Source of the DNA: Octopus sinensis
Lineage: Eukaryota
Length of the DNA: 64,000 bases
Assembly (NCBI RefSeq): GCF_006345805.1
Contig: NW_021833942.1
Coordinates: 7,120 to 71,119, forward strand
Direction of reading: 5' to 3'
Under the pieces are notes generated by a model, which worked only from the letters and a program-made list of their open reading frames with translations, did not search any database and was not told the DNA's origin. Each line of letters begins with the position of its first letter. The first letter of the stretch is position 1. Positions 12,289-25,295 of this stretch are shown here, piece after piece. A program made the translations under genes and the position numbers.

Positions 12289-13275
12289 TGCGGTGAATAT
12301 ATTGTCTAAATTTCGCAAAAGTGGTAATAACACTGACACTCCATTTTTACAGATATATTTACCAATATTACATAAAGATATCTTCAAATACTAGAGACTA
12401 AATTTATTCAATAAAATCGCCATTGCCTTCAACCACAGCTTCCAGACGAATTCAGAATCTCCTGCAATTGTTCTGGACGGTCTCCTTGTTTAAGTTCGAC
12501 TTTGGTGTTACAAGGTATTTTGTTGGTCTGTCACTCAACTGCACCCCGCACATTATAATCAAGGGAATTGCAGTCTGGGGAATTGGTGGCAAGATGTTAG
12601 GGGTGATGTGGTGACAGAAAATGTCTGACAGTCATGACTGTGTTCTAATACTGTGGCATGGTACAGAGGCCTTTTGTCTGACATAGGGCCTTCCAACAGC
12701 CACTTTCATGATCCAGGGTTGCATTAACTCATCCAGGCACTTGATGTAAGCCTTCCTGTTGAGTCTAAGGCCAGGTGAGAAGATGAATGGAGCCATGGAA
12801 GCACTCCGTCGGTTACGACGATGAGGGTTCCGGTTGATCCGAATCAACGGAACAGCCTGCTCGTGAAATTAACGTGTAAGTGGCTGAGCACTCCACAGAC
12901 ACGTGTACCCTTAACGTAGTTCTCGGGGATATTCAGGCGTGAAACGAGAGTGACAAGGCCGGCCCTTTGAAATACAGGTACAACAGAAACAGGAAGTAAG
13001 AGTGAGAGAAAGTTGTGGTGAAAGAGTACAGCAGGGATCACCACCACCCCCTGCCGGAGCTTCGTGGAGCTTTAGGTGTTTTCGCTCAATAAACACTCAC
13101 AACGCCCGGTCTGGGAATCGAAACCGCGATCCTATGACCGCGAGTCCGCTGTCCTAACCACTGGGCCATTGCGCCTCCACGAATGGAGCCATAACGTCAC
13201 CATCACTAAGGGTCACTTCAAACACTATAATGTTTACTGGATGTTTGATTTTTTATTACACTTGGTACATTTCAT
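12289..13275 (-). mobile_element. Tc1/mariner-superfamily relic (maT/DD37D-like), interrupted by a SINE
   Basis: Broken translation KHPVNIIVF..SDGDVMAPFIF..GLRLN..AYIKCL..GRPYV.Q...PCH...NSPDCNSLDY...EAVVEGNGDFIE*; terminal tgcggtgaatatattgtc shared with the 25050 copy. Confidence 0.85.
12796..13180 (-). mobile_element. SINE family A nested in the transposase relic
   Basis: TSD gaatggagcca at 12785-12795 and 13181-13191. Confidence 0.95.
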
Positions 13276-13350
13276 CTGATTGCACAGTTCTCAGATCGAC
13301 ACAGACACTCTGAAATGTTCATATTGCAGCTTCCGATGCGAATGCCAATC

Positions 13351-13577
13351 TGTGTGTGTGTGTGTGTGTGTGTGTGAATATGTTTGTATGTCTGTGTTTT
13401 GGTCCCGCCACTATCGCCTGACAACCGATGTTGGTGTGTATACGTCCCTGTAACCAAGCTGTTCGGCAAAACAAACCGATAGAATAAGTACTAGGTTCAC
13501 AAGGAATATCTTCAGGTCGATTTACTCTACTAAACGTGATGCTCCAACATGAACGCAGTACTGACTAAAACCAATAA

Positions 13578-13580
<3 letters not shown>
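13351..13580 (+). mobile_element. Old SINE family D, 3' half
   Basis: (TG)n then tgacaaccgatgttggtgtg...ccgatagaataagtact...gctccaacatg. Confidence 0.7.
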
Positions 13581-13644
<64 letters not shown>

Positions 13645-13694
13645 AATAATAATAATAATAATAATAATAAAATATAATGATAATAATAATAATA

Positions 13695-13728
<34 letters not shown>

Positions 13729-13744
13729 AATATAATAATAATAT

Positions 13745-13900
13745 TAGGGAATAAATCCAAACTTACAGGGAAAATTAGATTTAGGATTAAATCCAATTTT
13801 AAATAATATATATTATATTATATTATATTAAATTAGAGATAAAACCACTATTAGGCAAATCAAAGAGTGAAAAACATAAGCCAATACATAAATTAATTTA
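13745..13900 (+). repeat. AT-rich dispersed repeat (also at 27980-28200), probably PLE-derived
   Basis: tagggaataaatccaaacttacagggaaaa...attagagataaaaccactatt matches the reverse complement of 28060-28198. Confidence 0.7.
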
Positions 13901-14130
13901 AAATATAAAAGTTAGAAATTAAAAAAATTATTTAAATAATTTAAACTTATAAATTTTAAAATATATATCATGAAATATATATATATATATATATATATAA
14001 TATGTGTATATTTTAAATTTCTATATATTATTTTTTTTATTAATTAATTAATTTATTCATTAATCTTTATTTTTATTTTATATAATTTTTTATATATAAA
14101 TATCAAAAGTATTAAAAGTTTAATAAAAGA

Positions 14131-14176
<46 letters not shown>

Positions 14177-15364
14177 TATAGATATATATACACACACACG
14201 TATATACACATTCATTTACACATATGTATATATATTATACATCTATATATATGTATATATGTGTGTATATATTTGAGTTGTAACTATGAACCTGTAAATC
14301 GTAATAACGAAACAGAGAACGAAGAGTACAATGCCAGAAGGAATGAGAGAAATATGCAATGAAATGTTAATTAATACCTCCTCCTCCTCCTCCTCCTCCT
14401 CTTCCTCTTCCTCCTCCTCTTCCCTTGTCTTCGTCACCCGCCTCTTCCTCCGCCTTTTTTCAGAAAATGTATCAAATCCTGAATAGGAGTTGCTGGAGGA
14501 GTGGTGAGAGAAGGAGATGCCGAGTGAGTAGGATGGAAGAAAGAATGGAAATATAAGTTGGATGGAAGGAAAAAAAGAATCAACGGAAGATGTATGTAAG
14601 GAGGAAAGAATGAGAGATCTCTTTTCAAAAATATGCTCACCATTGATAGAATATAACTGGCCGAATAAAATCAATACAATCACGTTAAAGAGTCCTGGCT
14701 TATTCAAGATGGCGGCAGACAATGTAATATTGGAATTTCCCAATATTGTGAAAATCGGATTGTAGCATGGCATTAAGAAAAAAGGACAACATGAAAAATG
14801 AAGAATGGAAATGAAAAAAAAACAACAAAAAAACAAAACAAACAAACAACAAAAGATTATTTTTGAGCATAGACTTTTGATGTTATATACTAAATCTGTG
14901 ATAAATTTTTCGCAAACCGTAACAAATAAAACCATGTAAAATATATAGATTAACCATTTCCTATTCGTTAATAGTAATGAAAATACGAAGCAAAATTACA
15001 GAAGATCAAAATAGAAAAAAAAAAACAACCCCAAATGCTTCTACAGCAACGGCTATTATTACAATAATGCATATTTCTTATATTGTCTGATATATAGTTG
15101 TAATGATTATGATTTATAATGTTAGCACAAGAACATATATTTTTGAGACAGAGACAGAGAGTATAATCGATTAGATCGACCCCATGTACCTGCAGAGTCA
15201 TATTTTATTCATGCTATAATGTAATACAGAAATTAAATATTTTATTCACCCAAGCAGGATGAAAGGAAATGTTATACTTCAGTGTTATTTGAACTAAAAA
15301 TGCAAAGACATGTAATTAAACACTCAGCGGATTTTTTTTTGAGCGCCCATGTACATAGTCGGTC

Positions 15365-15425
<61 letters not shown>

Positions 15426-15426
<1 letters not shown>

Positions 15427-15607
15427 GGACTTACAAACACATATAACATACAGAAAATTGCACTACTAGGCACTGCACACATCCTACGCAGAACACTTTC
15501 CATACAATAACCATCAGAGCATCACAACAAATCACAGCACATACCCAAGGCACACAGAGCTGCGCTCGGTAGTGAAGTGAAAGCACGCTATAAAAATAAA
15601 ACTACTG
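15426..15607 (+). mobile_element. R4/Dong-like non-LTR retrotransposon 3' end (family R1) in (AAT)n
   Basis: GLTNTYNIQKIALLGTAHILRRTLSIQ* plus ~100 nt UTR ending aataaaactactg; (AAT)n on both sides. Confidence 0.85.
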
Positions 15608-15629
15608 AATAATAATAATAATAATAATT

Positions 15630-15951
15630 TCATGGCTTTTGATCTTAACTGATTGGAAGTGTTATCATGTACATTGTTTTGTCTTAGTATAAAAGGTGGC
15701 CTACGGCAAATATTCTGCTCAATACCACAGATTTGCTTGTCACTCGCTTGACCTTAACCAGTTGAGCAGCTCCTTTGGTGGCTAACGATATGTGCGTCCC
15801 TGATCATGAGCAGAAATAGTGGGGGAGCATCATAGCCATGTGTTGAGATGAATTCTTTGGGGGTTTGAATGATTCAACTTTGAAACACGTGGGTGTTTTG
15901 TGCAACATCCCTAAACAACCCTTATTCAAGGATCATTTGAGCGGGATGGGC
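15630..15951 (+). mobile_element. Non-coding dispersed repeat family X, partial
   Basis: Reverse-complement match to 58964-59449, 59817-60247 and 62135-62640. Confidence 0.8.
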
Positions 15952-16135
15952 TATTTGTCTAGAAGAAAGGGTGGGAGAGGTTTGATTAGTTGCCAGGACT
16001 GTAGTGAAGCAGAGGAAAACAACTTAGAGTGGTATACAAAAAAAGAAGAAGCCGTGGAACCATTGTTGAAACATACGAAGAAGGCCGGCGTTATCAAAAC
16101 TGAAAATTGTATAATGAAAGAAAAATTTAAACAAG
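15952..16135 (+). mobile_element. R4/Dong-like RT thumb-region fragment
   Basis: YLSRRKGGRGLISCQDC.EAEENNL.WY...VEPLLK matches the LYLPRxxGGRGL motif of RLE elements. Confidence 0.7.
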
Positions 16136-16169
16136 AAATGTATACATTATTATAATTATAATTATTGTT

Positions 16170-16269
16170 TTTTGTTGTTGTTGTTGTTGTTTTTCTGGTC
16201 ACAGCCAGGAATCGAACTCGGAATGTTGGGGTTAGTAGCCCGCGCTCTTAACCATTACGCCATATGCCA
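16170..16269 (-). mobile_element. Very short tRNA-like retroposon with (AAC)n tail
   Basis: ggcatatggcgtaatggttaagagcgcgggctactaaccccaacattccgagttcgattcctggctgtg has A and B boxes but no paired acceptor stem. Confidence 0.7.
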
Positions 16270-16270
16270 T

Positions 16271-16382
16271 AGGATGAAAGGCAAAGTCGACCTCGGCGGA
16301 ATTTGAACTTAGAACGTAGTGACAGACGAAATGCCGCTATGCATTTCGCTTAGCGTGCGAACGATTCTGCCAGCTCGCCGCC
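16271..16382 (-). mobile_element. SINE family E (Nin-domain-like), 5' part
   Basis: ggcggcgagctggcagaa...gagttcaaattccgccgaggtcgactttgcctttcatcct-type sequence shared with other E copies. Confidence 0.85.
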
Positions 16383-16398
16383 CTAAACATTAATAATG

Positions 16399-16476
<78 letters not shown>

Positions 16477-18051
16477 TTAACCATGTATTATGGCTAACAG
16501 AGCGACACATAAGGCAAAATTATATGAGCAAGTTGCAAAATTGGGGAAGATTAGGCCAACTTTGAAAAAACAGGCATAAAAGTCAATAATAGAAGCATGT
16601 ATGGCAAGAAATATCTCAACAGGAGAAAAAAAGAGGGAAACCAATCATGGTTTCCAGATGTTCCTTATTTCCAATGGTAATTTATCTCCCTCAGATCTTT
16701 TTTTTTTCCGATTCATTGGCGCATGGTGAAGCTCTGCATATTCACCGTCCTGATCCAGAGGTTAGCTGTTTTATGCGAGGGCATTATATCCTTCTGTACA
16801 CTCACCTTGTTCTCCAACTGGAACTTGAATAACTCGAGAGATTAACCTAACAGGAAAATGTCTATCCACAACATTAAAAAAAAAATGTCCATTATGTAAT
16901 CATTTTCACCACCAACGTATTTTCAAAAGCTATTTACTAGTAAAATGCTTCTGTCAAATGACTGCCATTTTTCTTTAAGGTTACTGACTACATTTGTTAA
17001 AACGCTATTTAGCATTAAAGGACGAACGGTTAAAGGCCATTTCCTACTTTTGTTAAATGTTATTTACAAGTAAAACATCGCTTTCGAATTAGACTTTAAT
17101 TTTCTGTTTATACATTTTTATATTTGTCTGCTACACCTTATGTGTACATGCTTGTCTGTGTGTGTTTGCTGAAGTCTCTTCACAAACCAGTATAAATAGC
17201 TAAGTGCTTATACGAAGTTACGCTGTTTGCTCGGTGATTTACTTTTGTTTTGTAAATGCGTAAACCGTGTTTGGCGGTAAATACTATATATAATATGAAC
17301 AGTCACAAGTGTCACGACACACACACATACGTGCAGACGACATGAGCATCATTGTCAATGATAATATTTAATAACTATTACATACAAACAGACTACTGTT
17401 GTCATATAGTCACCATTGAAGGTGTTTGATAATATGCTGCAAATGGCCGCAGCTTGAAAGTGAAGTTAGTCAAATAGTATAGCAGAGATAGTAAAATACT
17501 TCATTATGTTGGGAAAACATGAGAATTGACATTAAAAGCAATGGAGAGTTATCATGCAAATAATTCGAAAGTCCATAGAGGGGCTACAACAGAAGAATAA
17601 TTTTCCTTTCTGTAACGACTTGGAAATACATGAAAGCTAAACATTAAGCGCAAAATAATTGCTGCATCAAAATAGCTATAATCTTATCTGTGACGTAACT
17701 GCATTTGCTTTGGTAGCCATAAAGAATGCTTTTGTATTATTGCATTGAACATAATGTAGCTAGGTTCTATACAATCGTCATACGTAATGAGTCTACCAGA
17801 AATGTTCAAATAAATATACGATTAACTAAGCGGAAAATTTACAGTGTGTTTATATATTATACACTCAGTGTATAATATATAGAAAAACAATATTGTATGC
17901 TAAATACTGTCCCAGTAGCAAATACTATTTGAACAAGATGTCCCCCAAGTCCTTTGCTAGCGAGAGGAAAATGTAATAAACAACTCATTTTTACAAGTTG
18001 ATGCTATTTTATTAATCATAAAGTTCTCTTATAACCACAACAATAATAATC

Positions 18052-18262
18052 GTTTCTACAAGGCCTGAAATTTGGGGGCGGGGGGCGAGGTTGTAGGGAA
18101 CCACAACGACCCCAGTACTCAACTTGTACTTATTTTAACGACTTCGAATAGATGAAAGGCAACGTCAACCTCGCGGAATTTGAACTCAGAATGTAAAGAC
18201 GGATAAAATGCCAATAAGAATTTTGTCCGGCGTGCTAACGATTCTACCTGCTCGCCGCCTTA
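18052..18262 (-). mobile_element. SINE family E
   Basis: Same head, B box and gcctttcatc/aagtac domain as the 40393 copy; diverged. Confidence 0.8.
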
Positions 18263-18373
18263 GATAATAATAATAATAATGATAATGATAATAATAATAA
18301 TAATATAATAATAATAATAATAATAATAATATAATAATAATAACAAATAGTAATAATAGTAATAATAATAGTA

Positions 18374-18599
18374 AGGCATGATAAAAAATATTCAGACAAA
18401 TACATAACAAAAACACCAGGACTTACAAACACATATAACATACAGAAAATTGCATTACTAGGCACTGTACACATCCTACGCAGAACACTTTCCATACAAT
18501 AACCATCAGAGCATCACAACAAATCACAGCACATACCTAAGGCACACAGAACTGCGCTCGGTAGTGAAGTGAAAGCACGCTATAAAAATAAAACTACTG
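18374..18599 (+). mobile_element. R4/Dong-like 3' end (family R1) in (AAT)n
   Basis: GMIKKYSDKYITKTPGLTNTYNIQKIALLGTVHILRRTLSIQ* plus the same UTR; (AAT)n flanks. Confidence 0.85.
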
Positions 18600-18618
18600 A
18601 ATAATAATAATAATAATG

Positions 18619-18651
<33 letters not shown>

Positions 18652-18672
18652 GTAATAATAATAATAATGGTA

Positions 18673-18717
<45 letters not shown>

Positions 18718-18946
18718 GTAATTAGTATTATTATTATTAAAAAGCTAGATTATTAAATATATATTCTATACAAGAGAACTAGTAGTCTATCAATAATTAT
18801 TGTATTTAGACATTAACTTATAATTTAAAATTAAGTTTACAACAATAAACATCAAAGTAAACTAATAGCTATTGTAGACTGCATTAAAGAGAACGTACAT
18901 AAGGCATTTCAAACAACAATGGATGAAAAAAATATATATGCATATA

Positions 18947-18997
<51 letters not shown>

Positions 18998-21430
18998 ATT
19001 ATATATATAATTATTCCAGGCATTTAATAATAAACTTAATAATAAACTAAACGAACTTGCAATATACAATAATTCAAATAATTGTGGTCAGAATAGAGAA
19101 AAGGAAAAAGAAAAGAACCGTTTAAGTAAATGTAAAGTTTGAGATAAAGGACAGGAAGAAATTATGGGGTGGCGAGAAAATGGTTTCGGTTTATGACTGT
19201 AACATGTCGAATCTAAAGTAGCACCGGGTTAAGATGAAGGCAACGAAGTGTATTTGGAGGAACTTTTCTAAAATAGCAGGCTGTTTTCAAATGACGATGC
19301 ATAATGGAAGTTAGAAACTGCCCAAATAAAGATCACCACAGATGATTTGAGTGGTGAAGTGAGATTAGAAACAACAAAACAACGATGGCGAGGCCACTTA
19401 GGGTACATTAGACTGTATAAAAGCAGGGAGGAGACTGAAGGTGAAAAGGAATTAGTTGACCCTAACAGGTAATATGACAGTTGCAATCAAAGTGAAGATG
19501 TGGTTGCACTGTGGGAAGGAAAAAAGATCATTAATTATGATTGTCAAATGCAAGCTACCCTCATTGAAAATATTTTTATGCTGTCAATGGGGAGTAAATT
19601 TGAGAAAGAGATTAGGGAAATACAAATGGCAACACGGGCGGAAGGAAGTAAAGAAAAAAAGAAAACAGTATAATAGCAAAAACAGCTTGCGGAGCATCAT
19701 AGAGAAAGTGGTTTTATAGATTGAGCGCGACTTGTTTCAGAACTGGAAAACACAATGTTTGATCTGTGCTTCGTATCAAGTCACATGTTAAGCATTGCGT
19801 CCATGGTTCAGACGCAACTAAATATATTTAGGATTAGAAATGTAGTATGGTAGAATGTGCCATTCACTGCAGTAAAATACTTAATGAAAAGGTAGTTGAC
19901 AATTCTCTCATTGACTGCATTGGTGAATTAACTATCTTTGAAGTAAAAGTTACCGTCATCTACAGGAGATTTGTCTCCAATTTTGTTTAATGCTATTGAA
20001 CCATATATGTTAAATACCGCTTAATAGAGCCTTCTGATCTGATAAACAATTCACAGGCAGAAAAATATAGAGTAATATTTTAGGGAAACATTTGCATTTC
20101 TAAAGAAAGTGGCTTTCTGGTCAGCAAAATGACAAAAAAACCTTTTCTATCAACAAAAGGAAACAAACAATTCAATATTCCATTGGATTGTTATTAAATG
20201 ATGCAAAGCTAAGAATGAAGCAAAGCAAAGCTTTGCATTGGTGAATATTTAAGAGTACGGCGTATATGAAAGTGGATTTGAAAGCCTTCTCACAAATACG
20301 ACCGCAACAAACACTTCTCTCTGGCTGCTATTATTACATAGACTTGCAGGCATGAATACATACAACAAATATTCATCAAAAGGTGTAGATAAATTGCAGA
20401 AAGTGATATGGCTGCGATTATAAAACATCAATGCTGGCTTCTAAAAACATGTTACGAAATAACAACGCAAGTTGCTAATAGGAAATCAACAACAAACAAC
20501 AACGAATTCCTTTGCGCATGTAGTTGCTGAATATTTGAGTGAAGTATTATTTGTAAAACTGTGGTAATAGTTTCAAACCAGACCATGAATTAAGTAATAT
20601 TAACATACAGCAAAATCATTCTCTATGTGATAATGAATGTCCCACGCACAATCCATTCTAATATTAATTATTATGCTACTGAATGAGAAAAGAGGGCCAA
20701 TTGCCTTATCAAGAGCAAAGTAGGAAAGCATTCGATTGCTATAGAAAATTCGATCCAACTAAACACACAGTAAAAGAACTCTGTGATTGACATAAATATT
20801 GATGAGGAAAGCAAAGATCTGTCATGTTTGATAAAGTTTTTTCCCCCACTCTTAAGTGAGGAAAGAAACTCTGACAATGGTAAACTTAAAATTTATTTCA
20901 TTGTTTTGTTCTTGTTGTGGTGCTTCGTGTATGTGTGTGTATGTGTGTGTGTGTGTGTGTGTTTGTGTGTGTGGATGTGGATGTGTGGACTATTGCTGTA
21001 TAAGTTTTGTATGATGTGCCTCGTGTTAGGTTTTTATAATTCCGGGAAGTGATTATATCGAGTAGGAAGCATGTAGCTGGTGTTAGATTATTGGATTACA
21101 TGTGGGCAGATTAAGGAGAATTATTACAAGTTTGTGTATTTACCGTTGTTGATGCTTAATGCAACTAACAGCAGCCTGATAGCATTCTCAGCGAGGAAGG
21201 CTGCCCGCTGTTACGGACATGAGCGATTTCATGGATGATTTTTTTTGTGCTCACACCATAAATCTCATTAATGGTGGTTTTTATGAAATTATCTTTGTCG
21301 CTTTGGTGTTAATATTTTAGAAGCTCCGTTAATAATGATTCTAAACTTCAGTAGAAATACAAGGAGGATACAAGCATAGGAATACAATCATATGTATCTA
21401 CATAGCTACACATGTATATATATCTATATC

Positions 21431-21490
<60 letters not shown>

Positions 21491-21589
21491 ACTATATATA
21501 TATATATATATATATATTACACACCACACACATATATATATGCCTAATCATTCGTACACAGGACATATATATATATATATATATATATA

Positions 21590-21790
21590 CCGGAGTAAAC
21601 ACATAAATGCGAAACAAGGTGGAAAAAAGAGTACTCAATACCAGTGGTAGAGTAATATGCTTTATTAAAGCAGCAGAAAATTCAACAAAACCTGTTACTC
21701 TGAGTTTCCAGGAAAAACTGTCCGACGAACGGAACGGGAAACTCAGAGTAACAAGTTTGTGAATTTCTGATGCTTTAAATAAAGTATACA
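21590..21790. mobile_element. PLE-like remnant with ~50 bp inverted arms (about 21656-21709 and 21737-21788) in (TA)n
   Basis: tttattaaagcagcagaaaattc...gttactctgagtttcc versus ggaaactcagagtaac...gaatttctgatgctttaaataaa. Confidence 0.7.
21713..21758 (+). ncRNA. Type-I hammerhead motif, U4C variant
   Basis: aactgt-CCGACGA-acg gaa cgg-GAAACT cag AGTA-acaagttt; stem III ACT/AGT, GUA triplet, stem I tgt/aca. Confidence 0.5.
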
Positions 21791-23035
21791 TGTATATATA
21801 TATGTATATAGTGTATATATATATATATAGTGTATATATATATATATATATACACATATATATATGTATATATATATATATAATATATATATATAATATA
21901 ATAAATACAAGCAAACAATAATACACACAATCCATGACAGGTTTGTGCCAGGTCCAGTGTAAGAGCTTCCGGTAATTGCATGACCCGATCGAAATAGCAG
22001 TCGAATAACCATCGAATCTGACAATCTCGCAAAAAAAAGAAAAAAAAGAAATCGAAGATTGAACTAGATAACGTAGGAATCCTTGACCATTGGTCAGTTT
22101 AATCAGAGCTGAACTTATCTACGCTAAACAATAGAGCCACCACCACCACCACCACCACCACCATTATCACCACCGTCTCAACTATCACTACCAAAACCAC
22201 GACTACCACGACGACCACTTCCACCGCAACCACCCCCAACAACAGCTATACATTGCTTTCGTTTTAAATCCAGTCATGTCTGTCATGTCCAAAACAGAAA
22301 CATGACTCGCGATATGAAACATGTATTCTGTAAACACTTGCCATGTTGACTCTAAACAATTTGCCATTATCAGCAGATAAATTGGCAGAAGCGATTTACA
22401 ATGTATCTTTACTACAGTCTGAATTCAAATCAATAGAGAGATCAATTTTGATTTTCCTCTTCTCCTTGTAATCAATAAAAGATACGAGGAATAGAATATG
22501 CTAAATTTGATATAATTAAATATATGCAACCGAAAAACTAAATCCTGCTGCGTGAAAAAGCAAAGAAAATGAAAACAGCAAAGAACCCGAGAAATGACAA
22601 AAGGAAATATTGCGTTTGTATGAGTTAATTGTTCGTATGTTTTTAAGTTTCCAAACATTAAATTAGAAACAAGCAAAAATAGAAATAAAACAAAGGGAAA
22701 ATCATCGCACAGAACATTGGATTGAATGTGGAGATCGATTCACGTATATAGATTTATATATTTACGAGAATGCTGTGACATTTATTGAAAGCTACTTAAG
22801 TAAATAGAGAATTAATTATATTGTATGATCAGGCATGTCCGAATATTTATGCAAAGATATTGCGAATATTCTAATGCTTCAATTCTAAGGAGAAGAACAT
22901 AAATAACAAAGAAAAACATCATCATCAGCGCAAAAGCTGGAAATCCAAAATTCCAATAAACATCATTTAAATTACACTCTCAAGCATGAAAGGGAAAAGA
23001 ACTGGAAAGCAGATAACGGCATGAACATGAAGAAG

Positions 23036-23306
<271 letters not shown>

Positions 23307-23844
23307 GTGCATGCATGTATACATACAATCATACACACATATACACACAAACGCACACACATATTCATATACTATATATACATATATACATATACACATA
23401 CACACATAAAAACACAGGTCTCTGTATATATATGAAAACATATATAAAATGTGTGCGTTTGTGTGTGTGCATGCCTGTACGTTTGTATGTGTATGAATGT
23501 ACGATTGTTTCTATGTAATTGTCAACGATATGTATAGATATAAACTGGAAATGCATTAATTACAGAGTGCGCATTTTATAAAGGATTTCAAGCGCTTGGA
23601 ACTGAAAGTGGTGTTAACTGGAACTCCACGTTAGCGTTGATTGAAACAAGTGTAAAATAGAATCGCCGTGATAAAGTAGAAGCAAAATATTCGGTGTAAT
23701 ACAACGCTTACCACTTGCATTTATTCACCTGCAGAAATGCATGTTCATGGCTTCTCAATAATCTATGTGAAACTCGTTTAACAAAGTTGACAGCTGTTGA
23801 TAATGAAATTTTAATGTTGAAGAATAAATACACGTTTTGTAATT

Positions 23845-23970
23845 CTATGAACATGTTTCTCTGTACAACAAATATATGTTCTCGTATTTGTACAAACATA
23901 TTACACTGTGTGACAAAAATATGTCCTTGTATATCTATGAACATATTTCAACGGATGACAAATATATATT
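23845..23970. repeat. Degenerate 45 bp minisatellite, ~2.8 units
   Basis: Units start at 23845, 23890 and 23935 (ctatgaacat / gtacaaacat / ctatgaacat). Confidence 0.75.
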
Positions 23971-24284
23971 ATACACAAAACAACTATTTTTGACAGTCTG
24001 GAGTTTCAAATCCTTTTATATATATCAACATAAACGTCTTCAACAATCAATTGACTCCGACGTTTGGTTAAAGTTTGTAATGATTTACTTTTACCAAAAA
24101 CAGCCATTTCACCATTTGGCAAGATTAAATGTAAGGCAAGATCTGTTCTCTGACGTAACTCTCATCTCCATGCATAGTCTGCTACATTGCGTTAAAAGGC
24201 TAGCTAAGTTTCCCTAAATTGAGGTTGTCATGAAAACTACGGCCATCTTAACTATTTTACTTCACGCACGCTTACATTGAAAGA

Positions 24285-24668
24285 GGAGGCGCAATGGCCC
24301 AGTGGTTAGGGCAGCGGACTCGCGGTCATAAGATCGCGGATTCGATTCCCAGACCGGGCGTTGTGAGTGTTTATTGAGCGAAAACACCTAAAGCTCCACG
24401 AGGCTCCGGCAGGGGATGGTGGTGATCCCTGCTGTACTCTTTCACCACTACTTTCTCTCACTCTTACTTCCTGTTTCTGTTGTACCTTGTATTTCAAAGG
24501 GCCGGCCTTGTCACTCTCTGTGTCACGCTGAATATCCCCGGGAGCTACGTTAAGGTTACACATGTCTGTGGAGTGCTCAGCCACTTACACGTTAATTTCA
24601 CGAGCAGGCTGTTCCGTTGATTCGGATCAACCGGAACCCTCGTCGTCGTAACCGACGGAGTGCTTCCC
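24285..24668 (+). mobile_element. SINE family A, full length
   Basis: TSD acattgaaaga at 24274-24284 and 24669-24679. Confidence 0.95.
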
Positions 24669-24697
24669 ACATTGAAAGAAACGAGAATTATCGGAAC

Positions 24698-25056
24698 CAC
24701 CTAACATCTGACCGCCTAACTCCCCATACGGCAACCCCCTTGATTTTTATGCGATGGGCACAGTTGAGCGAGAGACCAACAGAGCTCCTTGTAGCACCAA
24801 AGATGAACTGAAGTCAAGGATTATGGCAGCATTCAACAACCTAAGCAAGGAGAGCATCGATAAGAGTTAAAAGAGATTCCGAAGAAGTCTGGAAGTTGTG
24901 GTTGAAGCCAATGGCGATTTTATTGAATAAATTTACTCATTAGTATTTCAAGATATCTTTATGTAATATTATATGTAAATATATCTTTTAAAATGTGATG
25001 TCAGTGTTATTTTCATTTTTGCGTAATGCAGACGACAATATATTCACCGCACCGTA
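24698..25056 (+). mobile_element. maT/DD37D-like transposon 3' fragment with terminal repeat
   Basis: PNI*PPNSPYGNPLDFY..GTVERETN...TKDELKSRIMAAF...RFRRSLEVVVEANGDFIE*; ends ...atattcaccgcaccg followed by TA. Confidence 0.85.
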
Positions 25057-25102
<46 letters not shown>

Positions 25103-25149
25103 TATGCACAAGCATACGCTATTGTGGAACAGCGTTAGTTTTCAACATC

Positions 25150-25295
25150 GCATAGGTGGCTAAATAAAGCCTTGTTAACCCACGGTAAAAATGTGTGTGT
25201 ATACTCTCACACACACACTTTCAAAATTGCATAGGTGGCTAAATAAAGCCTTGTTAACCCACGGTAAAAATGTGTGTATATACTCACACACACAT
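25150..25295. repeat. Local tandem duplication, ~79 bp period
   Basis: gcataggtggctaaataaagccttgttaacccacggtaaaaatgtgtgt at 25150 and 25229. Confidence 0.9.

Noticed and set aside
14243-14935. 230 aa minus-strand ORF and a caagatggcggc YY1-like motif near 14705
   Set aside because: The ORF is low-complexity and runs through a (CCT)n tract; one motif is not enough to call a promoter
19370-20000. Faint RT/RTE-like peptides (RWRGHL, GD.LSPILFN); similar traces near 42330-42500, 46580 and 61700-61790
   Set aside because: Too short and degenerate to delimit or classify without an HMM search
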